Source: Heptranchias perlo (taxonomy: Eukaryota). From it: a DNA stretch of 64,000 bases. Shown one piece after another: positions 62,951-64,000 of the stretch (positions are counted from its first letter, which is position 1; every line of letters starts with the position of its first letter). The notes beneath the pieces were generated by a model that saw only the letters and a program-made list of their open reading frames with translations, was not told where the DNA came from and ran no database searches. Made by a program: the position numbers and the translations under genes. The DNA lies in assembly GCF_035084215.1 (NCBI RefSeq), contig NC_090338.1, forward strand, positions 44,392,001-44,456,000. The letters run 5' to 3'.

Positions 62951-64000
62951 GTAAGAAGTCACTTTTTAAACCATCAAGATGATTTGCTGACCTAATGGCA
63001 TTAATAAATCTTAATTGTTGTAGTAAAGATTTTAAAGGACATTGTCTCACAACGCTGCTTAATACATCTAGACCAGTGGAATAGCTAGGCATTTGCTTCA
63101 CTAGCGAACCTAAAGTCCCTCCTTTCAACCACCCCTGACCTCTAACAATGATGTAGTCACGGATCACCACCCTTATTGGGTTCAAATTGGTGATTTCAAC
63201 CTCCATCTTGCCCTTCCCAACCACTGATTTCCTTGCACACTTGCTTCCATCAGCCTCACCCTCCATGTCGATTTCCTCCACCCACACATATGGCTACCTT
63301 CTCAACATTGTTATTACATGGGCTTCAAGACCTCTCTCATTGGAGCGCTCTGAGACCACTTTCTTATTTCTCTTGACAGCCCAAACCCAATCCAGTTTCA
63401 CATTCTGTCTGTGGTGGTGGGTTGGGACCTCTCTCGCCAGTTCTTTTTAGGGCCTTCTCAAACTTCATCCTCCATCTTCCCTGATCTGCCACCTGCAATG
63501 ACATTGATCCCCTTCATAACTGCCTCACCTCCACCTTTTCATGGCCTTGTCCCCATTAGATATTGTACAATCTGCCACTTCACCAGTACAACGGCCACCT
63601 TCATGGCCTCAATTCCATACCTCATAAATTCAAATGTACCTGGCATTTGACTGGATTATTGGTTCACTGCCAGACCTAGTTTGATTTATTCTTGCTGCAT
63701 TTCCTTAGCTAAATCCACCTACTACTCCCAAATTATTTTGGAGAGTAGAAGAAATTCCAAACTCCTATTCTGCATTACTAACTCTCTCCTCTCCTGCCTC
63801 TCCTCCTACTTCTTTCATCCTCTTCAAATTTGAAATGCAAAGAACTTATGGATTTCTTTGAGGTATCCTCAGCAGCATCTCTGCCTTTGCCTCCAACCTA
63901 TGCCATGACTCATCTTGTTGATGAAACTCATCACCTGCTCCCTTGACCCCCTTCCCAACCCCAGCTTCTGACCGCTCAACAGCTTATTGCTTGCTGAGGT

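Overview
Vertebrate genomic DNA, most likely from a cartilaginous fish (shark; inferred from the SINE/LINE content). It carries the HIGD2A(-) / NOP16(+) / ARL10(-) / KIAA1191(+) cluster, the same neighbourhood as human 5q35. HIGD2A (2 coding exons, 105 aa), NOP16 (5 exons, 177 aa) and ARL10 (4 exons, 219 aa) assemble completely with GT-AG sites and matching phases; KIAA1191 is partial (first 3 coding exons). Much of the rest is retrotransposon debris: two CR1-group LINE families, L2, tRNA-derived SINEs and PIF/Harbinger-like DNA elements. The most unusual signal is a Penelope-like (RT + GIY-YIG) element family whose 3' terminal module encodes a minimal hammerhead ribozyme. Four insertions are TSD-flanked fold-backs with the same layout: an inverted arm, a direct arm, then a 33-40 nt tail ending CCACATCA|T. 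Three of these are only 110-240 bp and non-coding, and two of those three carry head-to-head hammerheads. The fourth (2.9 kb) shows a twin-priming-type inversion and contains a CR1 3' end. Other oddities are a ~920-bp near-perfect palindrome and a 43-bp minisatellite inside the HIGD2A/NOP16 bidirectional promoter. All calls were read by eye; no searches or folding programs were run.
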